DNA of 64,000 nt. Origin: Candidatus Tenderia sp. (lineage in GTDB: Bacteria; Pseudomonadota; Gammaproteobacteria; Tenderiales; Tenderiaceae). The stretch's first letter is position 1. Every line of letters starts with the position of its first letter. The stretch is taken from NCBI GenBank assembly GCA_031416075.1, contig JANOSY010000024.1:64001-128000 (forward strand), read 5' to 3'. Both the position numbers and the translations under genes were made by a program. This document shows positions 20,703-32,526 of this stretch, piece after piece. The notes beneath the pieces are model-generated. The model was not told where the DNA came from. It did no database searches and saw only the letters and a list, made by a program, of their open reading frames with translations.

Positions 20703-23378
20703 TTACAGCGTTTTACCTTCAGAGTACCTCACTGTCGCCGCTGGAATGGTACCGCTCATTCCATGCTCAACAAAGGTTGGCAGCAAACCACTGCCCACAC
20801 CCACATTCAGCGCACTGCCCAGGGTAACATCAGGTGCCCCAGTTGAAGGCTGTGCCACTTCCGCCAGGAAGATGCTCACTCGCAACGGTTTGATGTAGTA
20901 CTGCACACCATCACTACCCGTCACCTGAGTGCCTGCCGGAATATTGATCACCTTTTGTGACAGCGCTGAACTCATCCTCCAGCCACTCTTCTGCAGGTCC
21001 CTATAGAGGTCTGGCATACCGTGCATCCAGCCATCAAATTGCAGCGCCAATGTTTTAGAGGCTCCCGTTTGATAACTGTAGCTGTATGACTGGGCAACCA
21101 GGCTGATCGGATCAGAGAGCAGTTTATACTGGCTGTTTGCGCCAATCAGATACTGCTGACTCCCCCAACCGCCGTTCTCTGAGTACTCCCAGTTAAACTG
21201 TACCGGACGGGTACTACCGGTGGGCACACCAAATCCATCCACCGTCACCGCCGCGCCTGAGGCATCCAGTGGTTGGTTCGAGGTATTAAACGCCTGCAAT
21301 CCCCACTCACCAGAGGTATATACCATGCCGGTATCATCACCATTCGTGCTTGGATCATCCGCTTTGTACACCAGCTTCATGAAGGTGGTGGTATTGGCCG
21401 GATTGGTATCCAGCATCAACTTCACTTCAGGTCGCCACGGTGTGCCCAGGTGGTCGGTTCCTGCGGGCAGGAATGTGGTGATGGTGGATGGATTGACGGT
21501 TGATTGCAGCTCCAGCTGTACCTCATAGTCCGCCGCCACATTATTGGCCGCAACACGGCGTACCGCATAGTTCACACCGTTACTGTTGATGTAATACTCA
21601 CGCCCCTGTTCAGGGGTAAAGTTGATGTCACCGGAAACCTCAAAGGTAGGCGTCCAGGTCTGCTGATCAAACGAGGTCAACTTCTTCTGCACCCAACCGG
21701 TCTTACCGGAGGTGAAATCACCGGTGTACTGAATATAAACAGAACCACCAATATCAACCCTCAACTGATGACCGTTAGTACCCACGTATACATTGCCACT
21801 GGCGGTGGTGGTCAAACCCTCCTGACCGTGTGTCGCAGGGTAGAAACCAGCGGTGGTAAAGTTTGCCACACCATCTGCCGCCGCCAGATAGACGTAGTTG
21901 ACGGAGACCTGGTTCACATTATCCCAACGACCAATATTCACCGTCTTGCGGTTATCTCCCTTCAGAGATGCCCACTGGGTAAATGCCACCAGAGGACCGG
22001 CTGTATTGGTCTCAAACGACACACATTTGGCTGAAGGGGCTGCATTAAAGTCCACCTGCCCTCCCTCACACACCTTCCACGTGCCATTTTCGTTAAACAG
22101 CTCAAAATGTTTATTAACAAAGGTTTCAACCGCAATATCCTTGATATCAGCGGGGCTGCCAGCCACCAATGTACGTTTGGTAAAGGAACCATTAAACCGG
22201 TCTGAAACGGTAAACTGCTCCGGTGTGGTGCCTGCACCAAAGTCCTCGCGGGTCACTACTGTGCCCGAAGGTACGCCATTTTGGCCGCCGCCCCATAACT
22301 GATGCCGTCCCTGCCAAGCGCCATAATAGGCGTGCTGGGTAGCGCCATGGCTGTCGGTATAGGAGACCGGAAAACCAAACGATTTGTGTTTCTGTACGTC
22401 ATCACCTGCCGCTACGCCGGTGGCGGCATTGGCATAAAAGAGTCCGTAACGGTGGGTCATCTCCACTTCGCTATTGCGATCCTTGTAGACAGGACCGCTG
22501 CCATCGTTTACGACCAGATAGGCGTCGTTATAGGCGTACGAGGCCGCAGCAACACCCGGCGTGCAGTTGGGGCCCATGCAGTTACTATAATCGGGGTACT
22601 CCACTTTACCGTAACCAGAACTGCCCGTACGATACAGGACTGCACGCGAGAACCCGTTGCCGCCACTTTCATTAACTTTCAACTCTGTCGTGCCACTGTT
22701 ATTGCGCGATGTGGCAACAAAAGATTGTGTGGCTGCACTGTCAAATGCAACATTCAGATCCCACTCGCCGTAACTCAACACCGTGCCACTGGGATTAAAG
22801 GTAGCACCGCTGTAGATCTTAAACTCAGCACGAATCACCCGCTTTTGCCCGGGATTGTCCTCATCCTCCTCCTCAATCCAGACCTGAACTTTGTTAAGGC
22901 TGCCACTGCTACCGCTGGGGTGGGTGCCGGTCACAATCTCGGATTTAATCACCCATGGCTGTAGCTGTTTCACCGACACGCCGTTGTTCTCATCCTCCCA
23001 CGCCACCATCGCCTTATAAGCAACACCATTCTGGTTGGCGCTGCTGTCGTAATGGGTCTGGGCCAGTGCACTCATCACCTGCTCAATAATGGAGAACTGC
23101 TCCAGGGCATGTTCTTCAACATACTTGGAGGTTGTGGCCTTGTTGTAATCTGAACTGGCACTTAAATTTGACGCCGCACGATCCAGGCGTCCCAGCAGCG
23201 ATACGCTACGCAGGGAGGCCGCCGTTGAAGTCGAGGCCGGTACCGCTGATATCTCTGTCGGCAATGTATATGACGTGGCTGCTGCGCCCACAGTCGAGGT
23301 CGCGCTGTCGCCACCACAACCCGACAGTGCCAATGCCACACCGGCCACTACCGCCTTGAGTAAAAATTTTTGATGCAT
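20703..23378 (-). CDS. Large (~890 aa) lipoprotein of unknown function
   Basis: MHQKFLLKAVVAGVALALSG-C signal peptide II; Ser/Thr/Gly/Asn/aromatic-rich body; AAGGTG RBS; own terminator. Confidence 0.85.
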   Translation of the reverse strand: MHQKFLLKAVVAGVALALSGCGGDSATSTVGAAATSYTLPTEISAVPASTSTAASLRSVSLLGRLDRAASNLSASSDYNKATTSKYVEEHALEQFSIIEQVMSALAQTHYDSSANQNGVAYKAMVAWEDENNGVSVKQLQPWVIKSEIVTGTHPSGSSGSLNKVQVWIEEEDEDNPGQKRVIRAEFKIYSGATFNPSGTVLSYGEWDLNVAFDSAATQSFVATSRNNSGTTELKVNESGGNGFSRAVLYRTGSSGYGKVEYPDYSNCMGPNCTPGVAAASYAYNDAYLVVNDGSGPVYKDRNSEVEMTHRYGLFYANAATGVAAGDDVQKHKSFGFPVSYTDSHGATQHAYYGAWQGRHQLWGGGQNGVPSGTVVTREDFGAGTTPEQFTVSDRFNGSFTKRTLVAGSPADIKDIAVETFVNKHFELFNENGTWKVCEGGQVDFNAAPSAKCVSFETNTAGPLVAFTQWASLKGDNRKTVNIGRWDNVNQVSVNYVYLAAADGVANFTTAGFYPATHGQEGLTTTASGNVYVGTNGHQLRVDIGGSVYIQYTGDFTSGKTGWVQKKLTSFDQQTWTPTFEVSGDINFTPEQGREYYINSNGVNYAVRRVAANNVAADYEVQLELQSTVNPSTITTFLPAGTDHLGTPWRPEVKLMLDTNPANTTTFMKLVYKADDPSTNGDDTGMVYTSGEWGLQAFNTSNQPLDASGAAVTVDGFGVPTGSTRPVQFNWEYSENGGWGSQQYLIGANSQYKLLSDPISLVAQSYSYSYQTGASKTLALQFDGWMHGMPDLYRDLQKSGWRMSSALSQKVINIPAGTQVTGSDGVQYYIKPLRVSIFLAEVAQPSTGAPDVTLGSALNVGVGSGLLPTFVEHGMSGTIPAATVRYSEGKTL

Positions 23379-23501
23379 AATTTCACCTTGTTTGAATATG
23401 TTAGCAGCTACCATCACTGCCACAAAAAAGTCAGGCTGAAAAACTTCAAATCAGTTGAACTCTTTTATCGTCAGGCAACGCAGAAGGGTTGTGTTTTTTT
23501 A

Positions 23502-23517
23502 TGAGACCCACGTCACA
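23502..23517. promoter_or_regulatory. CRP-family binding site candidate
   Basis: TGAGA-CCCACG-TCACA matches 9/10 of TGTGA-N6-TCACA, in a divergent intergenic region. Confidence 0.5.
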
Positions 23518-23667
23518 ACTCACACCATTCACAAAAATCCAACACCATGGCAATACCAGAAACAACCCCCTTTATTCACAGAACATCAATGACTTTACAC
23601 CATTGCTAGACATGCTCTAAAAGAACACGTCTAATACCCCATAGCCCTCAATTAAAACTGCCTCCCC

Positions 23668-24810
23668 ATGAAAACAGCCTTTATTAAACAGTTAAGTGAC
23701 ATTACTGCCGCCGCATGGAACAGCCTTACCCAGGACAACAACCCTTTTTTAAAGCATGAATTTCTCGTGGCCCTGGAACGGCACAACTGTGTCGGCAGCA
23801 GCAGTGGCTGGCTCCCCCACCACATTGTCATCTACGCCGATGACGGTGCATTAATAGGTGCCGCCCCGCTCTATCTCAAATACAACTCCTACGGTGAGTT
23901 TGTCTTTGACTGGTCATGGGCAGAGGCCTATCAGCGCAACGGGCTCGATTATTATCCCAAACTGGTGGGTGCCATCCCCTTTACCCCCATGACCGGGGAG
24001 CGACTACTGATCGCCACAGATGCTGACCAGCAAGCCGTACACAGCGCTATACTCGACGCTGCCCTTCAGGTCGCCAATATCTACAACGCCTCCTCAATAC
24101 ACTGGCTCTTTCTCACCGATGCTGAAAAAACACGCCTACAGCAACAGAACCTGGCAATACGCCTCGACTGCCAGTACCACTGGCACAATAACGATTACAA
24201 AAGTTTTGATGATTATCTGAGCCACTTCAGTTCACGCAAACGTAAAAACATCCTCAAAGAGCGACGCCAGATACAGGAGGCCGGCATCACCTTTCGTATC
24301 GTGCATGGTCCTGAGATCACCCCTCAGGAGTGGCAGCTCTTTCACCACTACTACTGCGCCATCTATGACCGAAAATGGGGCGTACCCAGCCTGACGCTGG
24401 AATTTTTTGAAGAGATTGGCCAGACACTCGGCAACCAAGTGGTCTTGGTACTGGCCTACCAACAGGGTGACTGTATTGCGGCGGCCCTGAATCTACGCAG
24501 CGACACAACACTCTATGGTCGTCACTGGGGCTGTCGCGACCAGATCCCCGCCCTGCACTTTGAAACCTGCTACTACCAAGGGCTGGAATACTGCATTCAA
24601 CAGGGGCTAAAAAGTTTCGAACCCGGCACCCAGGGCGAACATAAAATTGCCCGTGGCTTTCTGCCCGTCACCACCTGGTCCGCCCACTGGATTGCCCACC
24701 CCGAGTTCCGCAAGGCCATCGGGCAATTTGCGCTGGCTGAAGCCACCGAGATCGAAAAAAGGGTTGTCGCGCTGCAACAGCTCTCCCCCTTCCGCAGCGA
24801 TGTAGCTTAG
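23668..24810 (+). CDS. DUF482 / FemAB-like GNAT-family protein
   Basis: SYGEFVFDWSWA, YYPKL..IPFTP, LYGRHWG, HFETCYYQG and QGEHKIARGF motifs. Confidence 0.88.
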   Translation: MKTAFIKQLSDITAAAWNSLTQDNNPFLKHEFLVALERHNCVGSSSGWLPHHIVIYADDGALIGAAPLYLKYNSYGEFVFDWSWAEAYQRNGLDYYPKLVGAIPFTPMTGERLLIATDADQQAVHSAILDAALQVANIYNASSIHWLFLTDAEKTRLQQQNLAIRLDCQYHWHNNDYKSFDDYLSHFSSRKRKNILKERRQIQEAGITFRIVHGPEITPQEWQLFHHYYCAIYDRKWGVPSLTLEFFEEIGQTLGNQVVLVLAYQQGDCIAAALNLRSDTTLYGRHWGCRDQIPALHFETCYYQGLEYCIQQGLKSFEPGTQGEHKIARGFLPVTTWSAHWIAHPEFRKAIGQFALAEATEIEKRVVALQQLSPFRSDVA

Positions 24811-24842
24811 AATGGCCGCTCCTCTTTTATCCGGTTCAGAGT

Positions 24843-25685
24843 ATGTTTGGTTATCGCCACAACTTTCACGCTGGCAACTATGCCGACGTCGTTAAACACG
24901 TAGTCCTCACCAGCCTGTTGCAGGCGCTGCAGCAAAAATCCAAACCGTTCTATCTGCAGGATAGCCACGGCGGCATTGGTCTTTATGACCTAACCAATCA
25001 CGAGGCCGATAAAAACCGCGAGTACCTCAGCGGCATCAGCCGACTCTGGCAGGCCCCAAACCCACCTGCTGCCGTACAGCGCTACCTTGATATCGTACGT
25101 ACCTTTAACAGTGGCGATGAGCTGCGCTACTACCCCGGATCACCGCGGCTGGGGCGCGCACTGCTGCGGGCCAATGACCGTATGGTAGTCACAGAACTCA
25201 ACACTATTGATTGTGAAACATTAAAACGGGAGTTCAACGGCGACAGACAGGTGACGGTGCATCTGCAAGATAGCTATCAAGGTATCAAGGCCTACCTGCC
25301 GCCCACTGAGCGACGCGGGCTAGTGCTGATAGACCCTGCTTATGAGTTGAAGGATGAGTACACACGGCTCGTTCGTGGGCTGCAAAACGGTTACCAGCGC
25401 TGGCCTACGGGTATTTACGCCCTCTGGTACCCACTCATGAGCACAACCCTGCGGGAGAGTTTTTTTAAGGCCCTAAAAAAGACCGGGATCCGCAAAATCC
25501 TCACCGCCGAACTGAACATCACCCCCCTTCAGACAGAGAAGGCGATGTGTGGCAGCGGCATGATCATGATTAACCCCCCCTGGCAGCTGGACCAACAGCT
25601 CAAATCTGAGCTTGAGTGGCTATGGCCGCTCCTGAGTGATGCAAAAGAGGGGGGGGTAAATGTGGAGTGGTTAGTGCCGGAGTAG
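24843..25685 (+). CDS. rlmJ: 23S rRNA m6A2030 methyltransferase
   Basis: YRHNFHAGNYADVVKH, YPGSP, LIDPAYE and WYP motifs. Confidence 0.95.
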   Translation: MFGYRHNFHAGNYADVVKHVVLTSLLQALQQKSKPFYLQDSHGGIGLYDLTNHEADKNREYLSGISRLWQAPNPPAAVQRYLDIVRTFNSGDELRYYPGSPRLGRALLRANDRMVVTELNTIDCETLKREFNGDRQVTVHLQDSYQGIKAYLPPTERRGLVLIDPAYELKDEYTRLVRGLQNGYQRWPTGIYALWYPLMSTTLRESFFKALKKTGIRKILTAELNITPLQTEKAMCGSGMIMINPPWQLDQQLKSELEWLWPLLSDAKEGGVNVEWLVPE

Positions 25686-25693
25686 CTCGCTAC

Positions 25694-27172
25694 TCAACCA
25701 CGGCCGTAGAGTCTCATCAACTGCTTTAACTTCGGTGCCAACCCTTCATCCAGCTGTGCCCACTCAAAACGCCAGCGCCAATTACCGTCTGACGTGCCGG
25801 GAGTATTCATGCGATGTTCACTCCCCTGCCCCAGCAGATCCTGCATCGGCAAAATTGTCAGCCGGGCAACCGACGCCAGTGCCGAGCGAATCATCGGCCA
25901 CGGCATGCTCTCCTGTGGAAACCCAAGATAAGACTGCACATGCTGCTGCACAGACTCGGGCAGTGACTGATACCAGCCCAGGGTTGTATCGTTATCATGG
26001 GTGCCGGTGTAGACCACACTATCAAACGTCTGGTGATGGGGCAGGTACGGGTTGTCTGCATCTCCGCCGAAGGCAAACTGCACTATTTTCATACCTGGCA
26101 GGTGATATTTCTGGCGCAGTGCATCGACCTCAGCGGTGATAACGCCAAGATCCTCCGCCACCAGGGGCAGTGGATCAAAGACCTGGTGCAACGCCTCAAA
26201 CAGCTCATCACCGGGGGCCTTGACCCAGCGCCCATTCATCGCTGTTGCTTCATGGGCCGGAATCTCCCAGTACGCCTCAAAGCCACGAAAATGGTCGATG
26301 CGGACCCAGTCAAACATCGCCAGCTGCCCACCGATACGCTGCTTCCACCAGCTGAAACCGTCCGCCTGCATCCGTCCCCAGTTGTAGTGCGGATTGCCCC
26401 AACGCTGCCCTGTCGCGGAGAAATAGTCCGGCGGCACCCCCGCCACAACTTGGGCCTGGCCATGCTCATCTAAAAGAAACAACTCACGATTGGCCCAGAC
26501 TTCAGCGCTATCGTGTGCCACAAAAATGGGCAGATCACCAAACAGCAACACACCGCGTTGATGGGCGTAACCACGTAACTGGTGCCACTGCCGGAAAAAA
26601 GCAAACTGTTCAAAACGAACATAGCTCACTTCATCCTTCAATACCTTACCCATCGCCGCCAGCGCCAACGGGGCGCGATCACGCAGCTCATCCGGCCACG
26701 CTAACCAGTGGCGGTGCCCTTGGGCCTGACGAATCGCCTGAAATAGTGCGTAATCCTCCAGCCAGCCACTCTGCTCAGCCACAAAGTGGTTGTATTCAGC
26801 CCAAACGGAGTCGTCCGCACGTTGCAAAAACCCTTGATGGGCCAACTGTAGCTGATCACGCCGATGTTGCTCAAAATCCACAACCCCATCCGTGGTCCCC
26901 GCCTGCAACCACCCCCACTCCTGCAATCGATCAAGATTGATCAGCAAGGGGTTACCCGCATGCACAGAGAGTCCCTGATACGGTGAGAGGTCGCCATGGG
27001 TGGGTACCAACGGCAATACCTGCCAGACACTCATACCACTACCGGCCAGAAAGTCGACAAAACGGTAAGCGTCGGTGCCCAGATCACCACACCCTACCCC
27101 GCCTGGGAGAGAGGTTGGGTGTAATAGGACACCACTACGGCGACGACTCAGCGGGGTATCAGCGACGACCAC
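25694..27172 (-). CDS. malQ: 4-alpha-glucanotransferase (GH77)
   Basis: GVLLHPTSLP, GVPPDYFS, IDHFRG, AEDLG, THDND and MNTPG motifs. Confidence 0.96.
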   Translation of the reverse strand: MVVADTPLSRRRSGVLLHPTSLPGGVGCGDLGTDAYRFVDFLAGSGMSVWQVLPLVPTHGDLSPYQGLSVHAGNPLLINLDRLQEWGWLQAGTTDGVVDFEQHRRDQLQLAHQGFLQRADDSVWAEYNHFVAEQSGWLEDYALFQAIRQAQGHRHWLAWPDELRDRAPLALAAMGKVLKDEVSYVRFEQFAFFRQWHQLRGYAHQRGVLLFGDLPIFVAHDSAEVWANRELFLLDEHGQAQVVAGVPPDYFSATGQRWGNPHYNWGRMQADGFSWWKQRIGGQLAMFDWVRIDHFRGFEAYWEIPAHEATAMNGRWVKAPGDELFEALHQVFDPLPLVAEDLGVITAEVDALRQKYHLPGMKIVQFAFGGDADNPYLPHHQTFDSVVYTGTHDNDTTLGWYQSLPESVQQHVQSYLGFPQESMPWPMIRSALASVARLTILPMQDLLGQGSEHRMNTPGTSDGNWRWRFEWAQLDEGLAPKLKQLMRLYGRG

Positions 27173-28908
27173 TAAGACTCACGCCCCTGACGCATCACAC
27201 CACCCGCCGCAGGGTTGCCACCCCCGTGGGTAAAGGAGTGTGCCAGATATTCGGGTGGTGCAACCCCCAGCATCTGATAGAGCGTATTGAGCTGCAAGCG
27301 GTAGAGCCGCTCAAAATCACGTACCGCGTCAGAGGGGTTGTAATCGCCAAACCACCAGAACCAGTCAGAGCCTTCACAGATCGCCAGCTGGCGCTCCAGC
27401 GCCCGCCGCTGCTCTTCACTCCATTTATCAGACGTGGCCACTTGGTCATAAACACGCTTGGCTTCAACCAACATATCCCAGCCACGGTTTTTGTCCTCAC
27501 TGCCAATCCAGGTGGAAAAACTGCCGTAGACCCAGCTGCCCGCCACAATATGGGGCAACGAAGGTGAAGGCGATGCCTGCTGTTGTAACACCTCACTGAA
27601 GGTGGTGAGATCCAGGCACGGGTGGTTGGCAAGCCGCTCATACAGGGCACTCAGAAAATAATAACCATTTTCGGGGTAATACTCCCAGGCATTCTCACCA
27701 TCAAGAATGATGGAGACCACCGCATCAGGTTTGTCCACATTAGCTGCCGCGATATTTTCCAGATGCCGGATAAAATCACCTACCGCATCATCGGCATGCC
27801 ACTTGGAGTAGACAAAGCCGATCAGGTCAGAGAGTCCATCATCACGAAAGAAACAATTTATCTGCTGTTCAGCCGGGCGATAGGGTTGATGTATCACCTG
27901 CACATCGCGCAACTCAGCAGGGGTTTGTGGCAGGTTTAAACTGTTACGTAACACACCCTCACCGGTAGCGGCCCAGCTGAAACCATATTTATCCATCAAC
28001 GCCAGGGTCGCCATACTTATGGCCCCTTCAGATGGCCAGCACCCTTTGGGCTTCATACCAAAATAGTGCTCGTAGGTCTCAATCCCCTTTTGAATATGCC
28101 ACTCGGAACGCCCTAAACCATCGGGATAGTGGTCAGCCAACGGCAGTTTGGCATCCGGCATCGCCTCTCGGGTGCTGCCAATATCGAGCAGCAGCGGCAC
28201 AATTGGGTGTGCATAGGGGGTCACCGACAGCTCCACACGCCCCTCTTCAGCCAGATGACGGTAACGGCCAATCACACCACTCAACAATTCAGAGATCAGC
28301 TCCAGCAACAGACGCCGGTCGTACATCGAAAAACCGCTGCCTTTTGCAATCAACGTCTGAGCCCGTGTATCACTACGACGCACCGTCTCACCCAGCCAGG
28401 CCAGATGGTACCAAGTCAACAGATCCGCCAGATATTGGCTATTGATATACATCCACTCGTCGGAGCGTAACTCCAGACGCAACGCCATATCCGCCAATCG
28501 CTGATAGTTCGGAAAGCGGTGAATAATGGTCTTTTCATTGGCACGCAAACAGGCCTTGACCAGCTGTGTCCGTCCTTCATTATCTTTCGGTAACGCCGGA
28601 CTCACCAGCGCTGCCAGAAGGGGATCGGTAATCACGCCCCCCTCTTTCAAAAACCGCTCAACTTGATGGCTGTAATCGTCAAGCTGCTCCAACAGAATAG
28701 GCGCAAAATTGACCACGGCCTTAGCTTTCGGCACCGCTTCAAGGTGAGCCACCATATCCACATAATCTTTAATGCCATGCAGATAGGTCCAGGGTAGATG
28801 ATACTCACCCGCCGCCGGATCAAAATAGTTTGGTTGGTGCATGTGCCAACACAACACCACCTTCAACGGCGCATCTACTACCCCTTTATTCGAACCATTA
28901 TCTGACAT
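27172..28908 (-). CDS. Glycoside hydrolase family 57 (amylopullulanase/amylase-like)
   Basis: WHMHQP, WPSEG nucleophile, LDGENAWE acid/base and EGSDWFWW motifs. Confidence 0.92.
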   Translation of the reverse strand: MSDNGSNKGVVDAPLKVVLCWHMHQPNYFDPAAGEYHLPWTYLHGIKDYVDMVAHLEAVPKAKAVVNFAPILLEQLDDYSHQVERFLKEGGVITDPLLAALVSPALPKDNEGRTQLVKACLRANEKTIIHRFPNYQRLADMALRLELRSDEWMYINSQYLADLLTWYHLAWLGETVRRSDTRAQTLIAKGSGFSMYDRRLLLELISELLSGVIGRYRHLAEEGRVELSVTPYAHPIVPLLLDIGSTREAMPDAKLPLADHYPDGLGRSEWHIQKGIETYEHYFGMKPKGCWPSEGAISMATLALMDKYGFSWAATGEGVLRNSLNLPQTPAELRDVQVIHQPYRPAEQQINCFFRDDGLSDLIGFVYSKWHADDAVGDFIRHLENIAAANVDKPDAVVSIILDGENAWEYYPENGYYFLSALYERLANHPCLDLTTFSEVLQQQASPSPSLPHIVAGSWVYGSFSTWIGSEDKNRGWDMLVEAKRVYDQVATSDKWSEEQRRALERQLAICEGSDWFWWFGDYNPSDAVRDFERLYRLQLNTLYQMLGVAPPEYLAHSFTHGGGNPAAGGVMRQGRES

Positions 28909-30163
28909 AGTGCAACTCTTGACCTAACATCTCTGGGGAGACCAGTACCACACCACCTTCTGAGACATGAAAACGTTCAGCATCCACTTTGGGGTCCTCA
29001 CCAATGACCGTGCCTGACGGTATCTTGCACCCCTTATCGATAACCGCTTTAGTGATACGGCAGTTACGCCCAATCTCAACACCCGGCAATACCACCGTCT
29101 CTTCAAGCTTACTGAATGAGTGGACCCGTACATTAGAAAAGAGCAGTGAACGACGCACCGTTGCACCAGAAATCAGACAGCCGCCCGAGACCATGGAGTC
29201 AATTGCCTGACCACGACGCCCCTCATCATCAAAAATGAATTTTGCCGGCGGCAACTGCTCCTGGTAAGTCCAGATCGGCCACTGAGCATCATACAAATTC
29301 AGCTCCGGCGTCACCGACACAAGCTCCATATTGGCCTCCCAGAAAGCATCCACCGTTCCCACATCACGCCAGTAACTCTGCTGTCCTGTCTGCACATCAC
29401 GGAATGGATAAGAGAAGACACGATACTTTTTAATCACAGCAGGAATAATATCTTTACCAAAATCGTGCGCCGATGTGCTGGTATCCGCATCACTGATCAA
29501 CCGCTCATAAAGAAAATCTGTGTTAAAAATATAGATCCCCATAGAGGCCAGCGCAGTATCGGGCGTACCGGGTGCGGACTGGGGTTGGGATGGCTTTTCA
29601 TTAAAGTCATTCACGCGACCACTCCCATCAACGCTCATCACACCAAACGCCTTGGCCTGTTCCAGCGGCACCTCAAGACAACCAATCGTCATGTCCGCGT
29701 TATTCTCAACGTGATGTGCCAGCATAGGGCCGTAATCCATTTTGTAAATATGATCACCAGCCAGAATCAAAACATACTTAGGCTTATGAGCACGAATGAT
29801 ATCTATATTTTGATAAACAGCATCCGCCGTACCCGCATACCACGTCTCTTCAATACGCTGCTGTGCCGGCAGCAGCTCAATAAACTCACCAAACTCACCA
29901 CGAAAATAGCCCCAACCCTGCTGGATATGACGGATCAACGAGTGGGATTTATATTGTGTCAGCACGCCAATACGACGTATGCCAGAATTAATGCAGTTAG
30001 AGAGAGGAAAATCGATAATTCTAAACTTACCACCAAAAGGCACAGCAGGTTTCACGCGCCAAGTGGTTAACTGTTTAAGACGTGTACCACGCCCACCCGC
30101 CAAAATCAGCGCCAAGGTATCTCGAGTTAATCGACTAACAAAACGTGTATCTTCCATGGTCAT
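28898..30163 (-). CDS. glgC: Glucose-1-phosphate adenylyltransferase (operonic copy)
   Basis: LAGGRGTRL...[20 protein letters not shown] and YWRDVGT motifs; start could be 30175, 30163 or 30157. Confidence 0.96.
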   Translation of the reverse strand: MTMEDTRFVSRLTRDTLALILAGGRGTRLKQLTTWRVKPAVPFGGKFRIIDFPLSNCINSGIRRIGVLTQYKSHSLIRHIQQGWGYFRGEFGEFIELLPAQQRIEETWYAGTADAVYQNIDIIRAHKPKYVLILAGDHIYKMDYGPMLAHHVENNADMTIGCLEVPLEQAKAFGVMSVDGSGRVNDFNEKPSQPQSAPGTPDTALASMGIYIFNTDFLYERLISDADTSTSAHDFGKDIIPAVIKKYRVFSYPFRDVQTGQQSYWRDVGTVDAFWEANMELVSVTPELNLYDAQWPIWTYQEQLPPAKFIFDDEGRRGQAIDSMVSGGCLISGATVRRSLLFSNVRVHSFSKLEETVVLPGVEIGRNCRITKAVIDKGCKIPSGTVIGEDPKVDAERFHVSEGGVVLVSPEMLGQELHYVR

Positions 30164-30223
30164 GCTATCACCCATTCAATTTGCAGAGGCCCGCTAGCGA
30201 TGCAAGCAGCGCAGCGATGGTTA

Positions 30224-30250
30224 ACATCGGCTGATCCCCAAAAAACTTTT
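30224..30250 (-). promoter_or_regulatory. Sigma28-like promoter upstream of glgC-GH57-malQ
   Basis: AAAAGTTT-N11-GCCGATGT versus consensus TAAAGTTT-N11-GCCGATAA. Confidence 0.5.
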
Positions 30251-30311
30251 GTTGATAGAAGCTTATGCTATGATCTAACCCAATATCACAACTTGATCAT
30301 ACCCCAAATTT

Positions 30312-32516
30312 ATGCCTACTGTGCAGAATAAAGATAAAATCACAACAGACCTGCAACGCATTTTAGATGCGACCCATCACGATCCATTTGCGGTACTGGG
30401 GCGTCATCCCATCAGCAAAACACAGACCATCGTTCGAGTTTTTTTACCCAAGGCATCTGCAGCTCACATTGTAGAAAATAACGCTCCACTGCAACGTATT
30501 GGCAATACTGATCTATTTCAATGGCAAGGTGACTCCACGCAGCTGCCAAGCAGGTACAGCATTAACTGGCTGGACAGTGACAGCAATCCCCACGTCAGCT
30601 ATGACCCATACTGCTTCGAACCCCAACTCTCCGAGTATGATCTGCATCTGTTTGGCGAAGGAAAACATTGGCACGCGTATAGTTTTCTTGGCGCAAAAGT
30701 AGTTAAGGTCGCTGATGTCAGTGGGGTTTTATTTGCCACCTGGGCACCGAATGCAGAACGCATTAGTGTTGTGGGCGACTTTAACCATTGGGATGGCCGC
30801 TGCCACCCCATGCGCGCACGGGGTGGATCGGGCATATGGGAACTATTCATTCACGGGCTCACCGCTGACACACTCTATAAGTTTGAAATTCGCAGCAATC
30901 GCGGTGGCCAAATATTACTAAAAACCGACCCCTACGGACGTAGTTTTGAACTACGTCCCGGCACTGCTTCAATTGTCACCCATCAAAATCAATACAACTG
31001 GCAGGATAGTCACTGGATAAAACAGCGCACTGAGTGCGACTGGTTACATGCGCCGCTCTCCATTTACGAAGTCCACCTGGGATCCTGGCAACTGGATGAA
31101 CATGGCAACTTTTTAAACTATAAAGAGCTCGCTATCCGTCTGGTTGACTATGTCAAAAAACTTGGTTTCACCCATATAGAGCTGCTGCCCATCACCGAAC
31201 ATCCATTTGATGGCTCATGGGGCTATCAAACCATCGGTTACTATGCGCCCACCAGCCGCTTTGGCGCACCTGACGATTTCCGTTTTTTTGTTGACTACTG
31301 CCATACCAATGGGATCGGTGTATTGCTCGACTGGGCACCTGGACATTTCCCCAAAGATGCCGCTGGACTCGCTCAATTTGATGGCAGTGCGCTCTACGAA
31401 CACGAAGATCCACGCCTCGGTGAACATAAAGACTGGGGCACACTCATCTTCAACTATGGTCGCAATGAGGTCAGGAATTTTCTCTTCTCCAGCGCCATAT
31501 ATTGGCTGGAGGAGTTCCACATAGATGGCCTACGGGTAGATGCCGTTGCCTCAATGCTCTATCTCGACTACTCCCGCGACGCGGGCGAATGGGTCCCCAA
31601 CAAGTACGGTGGCCGCGAAAACATCGAGGCGATCCATTTTGTACGCCAGCTCAATGAAGTAACCCACGACCTCCACCCCGGCACCATGATCATGGCAGAA
31701 GAGTCGACCTCCTGGCCGATGGTATCGCGCCCCATCTACCTCGGCGGTCTTGGCTTCAGCATGAAGTGGAATATGGGCTGGATGAACGACACACTACAAT
31801 ACATCAGCAAAGACCCCATCCATCGCCATTACCACCACGACAAACTAACGTTCAGCCTGCTCTACGCCTTTACCGAAAACTTTATCCTGCCCTTCTCTCA
31901 CGACGAAGTGGTGCACGGAAAGGGTTCCATGATCAATAAAATGCCTGGTGACGAGTGGCAACGTTTTGCCAATCTACGTCTACTCTACTGCTACATGTTT
32001 ACACACCCCGGGAAAAAACTACTGTTCATGGGCTGTGAGTTTGGCCAGGGAAATGAGTGGAATCACAGTAAGGCACTTGATTGGTATGTGCTCGATTACC
32101 CACTTCATCAAGGAATTCAACAACTGATCGGCGATTTGAACAATACCTATTGCACTACACCTGCACTACACCGGCTCGACTTTGAAAACCAGGGTTTCGA
32201 ATGGATCGATTGCAATGATGCAGCACAATCCGTGCTTATATACCTGCGCCGCAGCGGTACCGACTTCATCATCACCGCACTTAACTTCACCCCCTTACCA
32301 CGACGCAATTACCGGATAGGCCTTCCTGTTGCTGGCATGTATCACGAAATAATCAACACCGATTCCGAATACTACGGTGGCAGTAACATGGGGAACAGTG
32401 GCGGTATACATAGTGAAAATATCCCGTGGATGGGGCACCCACACTCTATCGAAATAACATTGCCACCGCTGGCCGGGGTCGTAATGCAGCTCACCCACAA
32501 AGAGGGGCAACAATAA
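30312..32516 (+). CDS. glgB: 1,4-alpha-glucan branching enzyme
   Basis: [30 protein letters not shown] and SHDEVVHGK motifs. Confidence 0.97.
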   Translation: MPTVQNKDKITTDLQRILDATHHDPFAVLGRHPISKTQTIVRVFLPKASAAHIVENNAPLQRIGNTDLFQWQGDSTQLPSRYSINWLDSDSNPHVSYDPYCFEPQLSEYDLHLFGEGKHWHAYSFLGAKVVKVADVSGVLFATWAPNAERISVVGDFNHWDGRCHPMRARGGSGIWELFIHGLTADTLYKFEIRSNRGGQILLKTDPYGRSFELRPGTASIVTHQNQYNWQDSHWIKQRTECDWLHAPLSIYEVHLGSWQLDEHGNFLNYKELAIRLVDYVKKLGFTHIELLPITEHPFDGSWGYQTIGYYAPTSRFGAPDDFRFFVDYCHTNGIGVLLDWAPGHFPKDAAGLAQFDGSALYEHEDPRLGEHKDWGTLIFNYGRNEVRNFLFSSAIYWLEEFHIDGLRVDAVASMLYLDYSRDAGEWVPNKYGGRENIEAIHFVRQLNEVTHDLHPGTMIMAEESTSWPMVSRPIYLGGLGFSMKWNMGWMNDTLQYISKDPIHRHYHHDKLTFSLLYAFTENFILPFSHDEVVHGKGSMINKMPGDEWQRFANLRLLYCYMFTHPGKKLLFMGCEFGQGNEWNHSKALDWYVLDYPLHQGIQQLIGDLNNTYCTTPALHRLDFENQGFEWIDCNDAAQSVLIYLRRSGTDFIITALNFTPLPRRNYRIGLPVAGMYHEIINTDSEYYGGSNMGNSGGIHSENIPWMGHPHSIEITLPPLAGVVMQLTHKEGQQ

Positions 32517-32526
32517 CCACCTATTA

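Noticed and set aside
20703-23378. Multiheme cytochrome or electron-transfer role for the large lipoprotein
   Set aside because: No CxxCH motifs in the translation
19146-25690. Genomic island integrated at tRNA-Leu
   Set aside because: No integrase, and I found no duplicated tRNA 3' end (att site); the genes are metabolic or housekeeping
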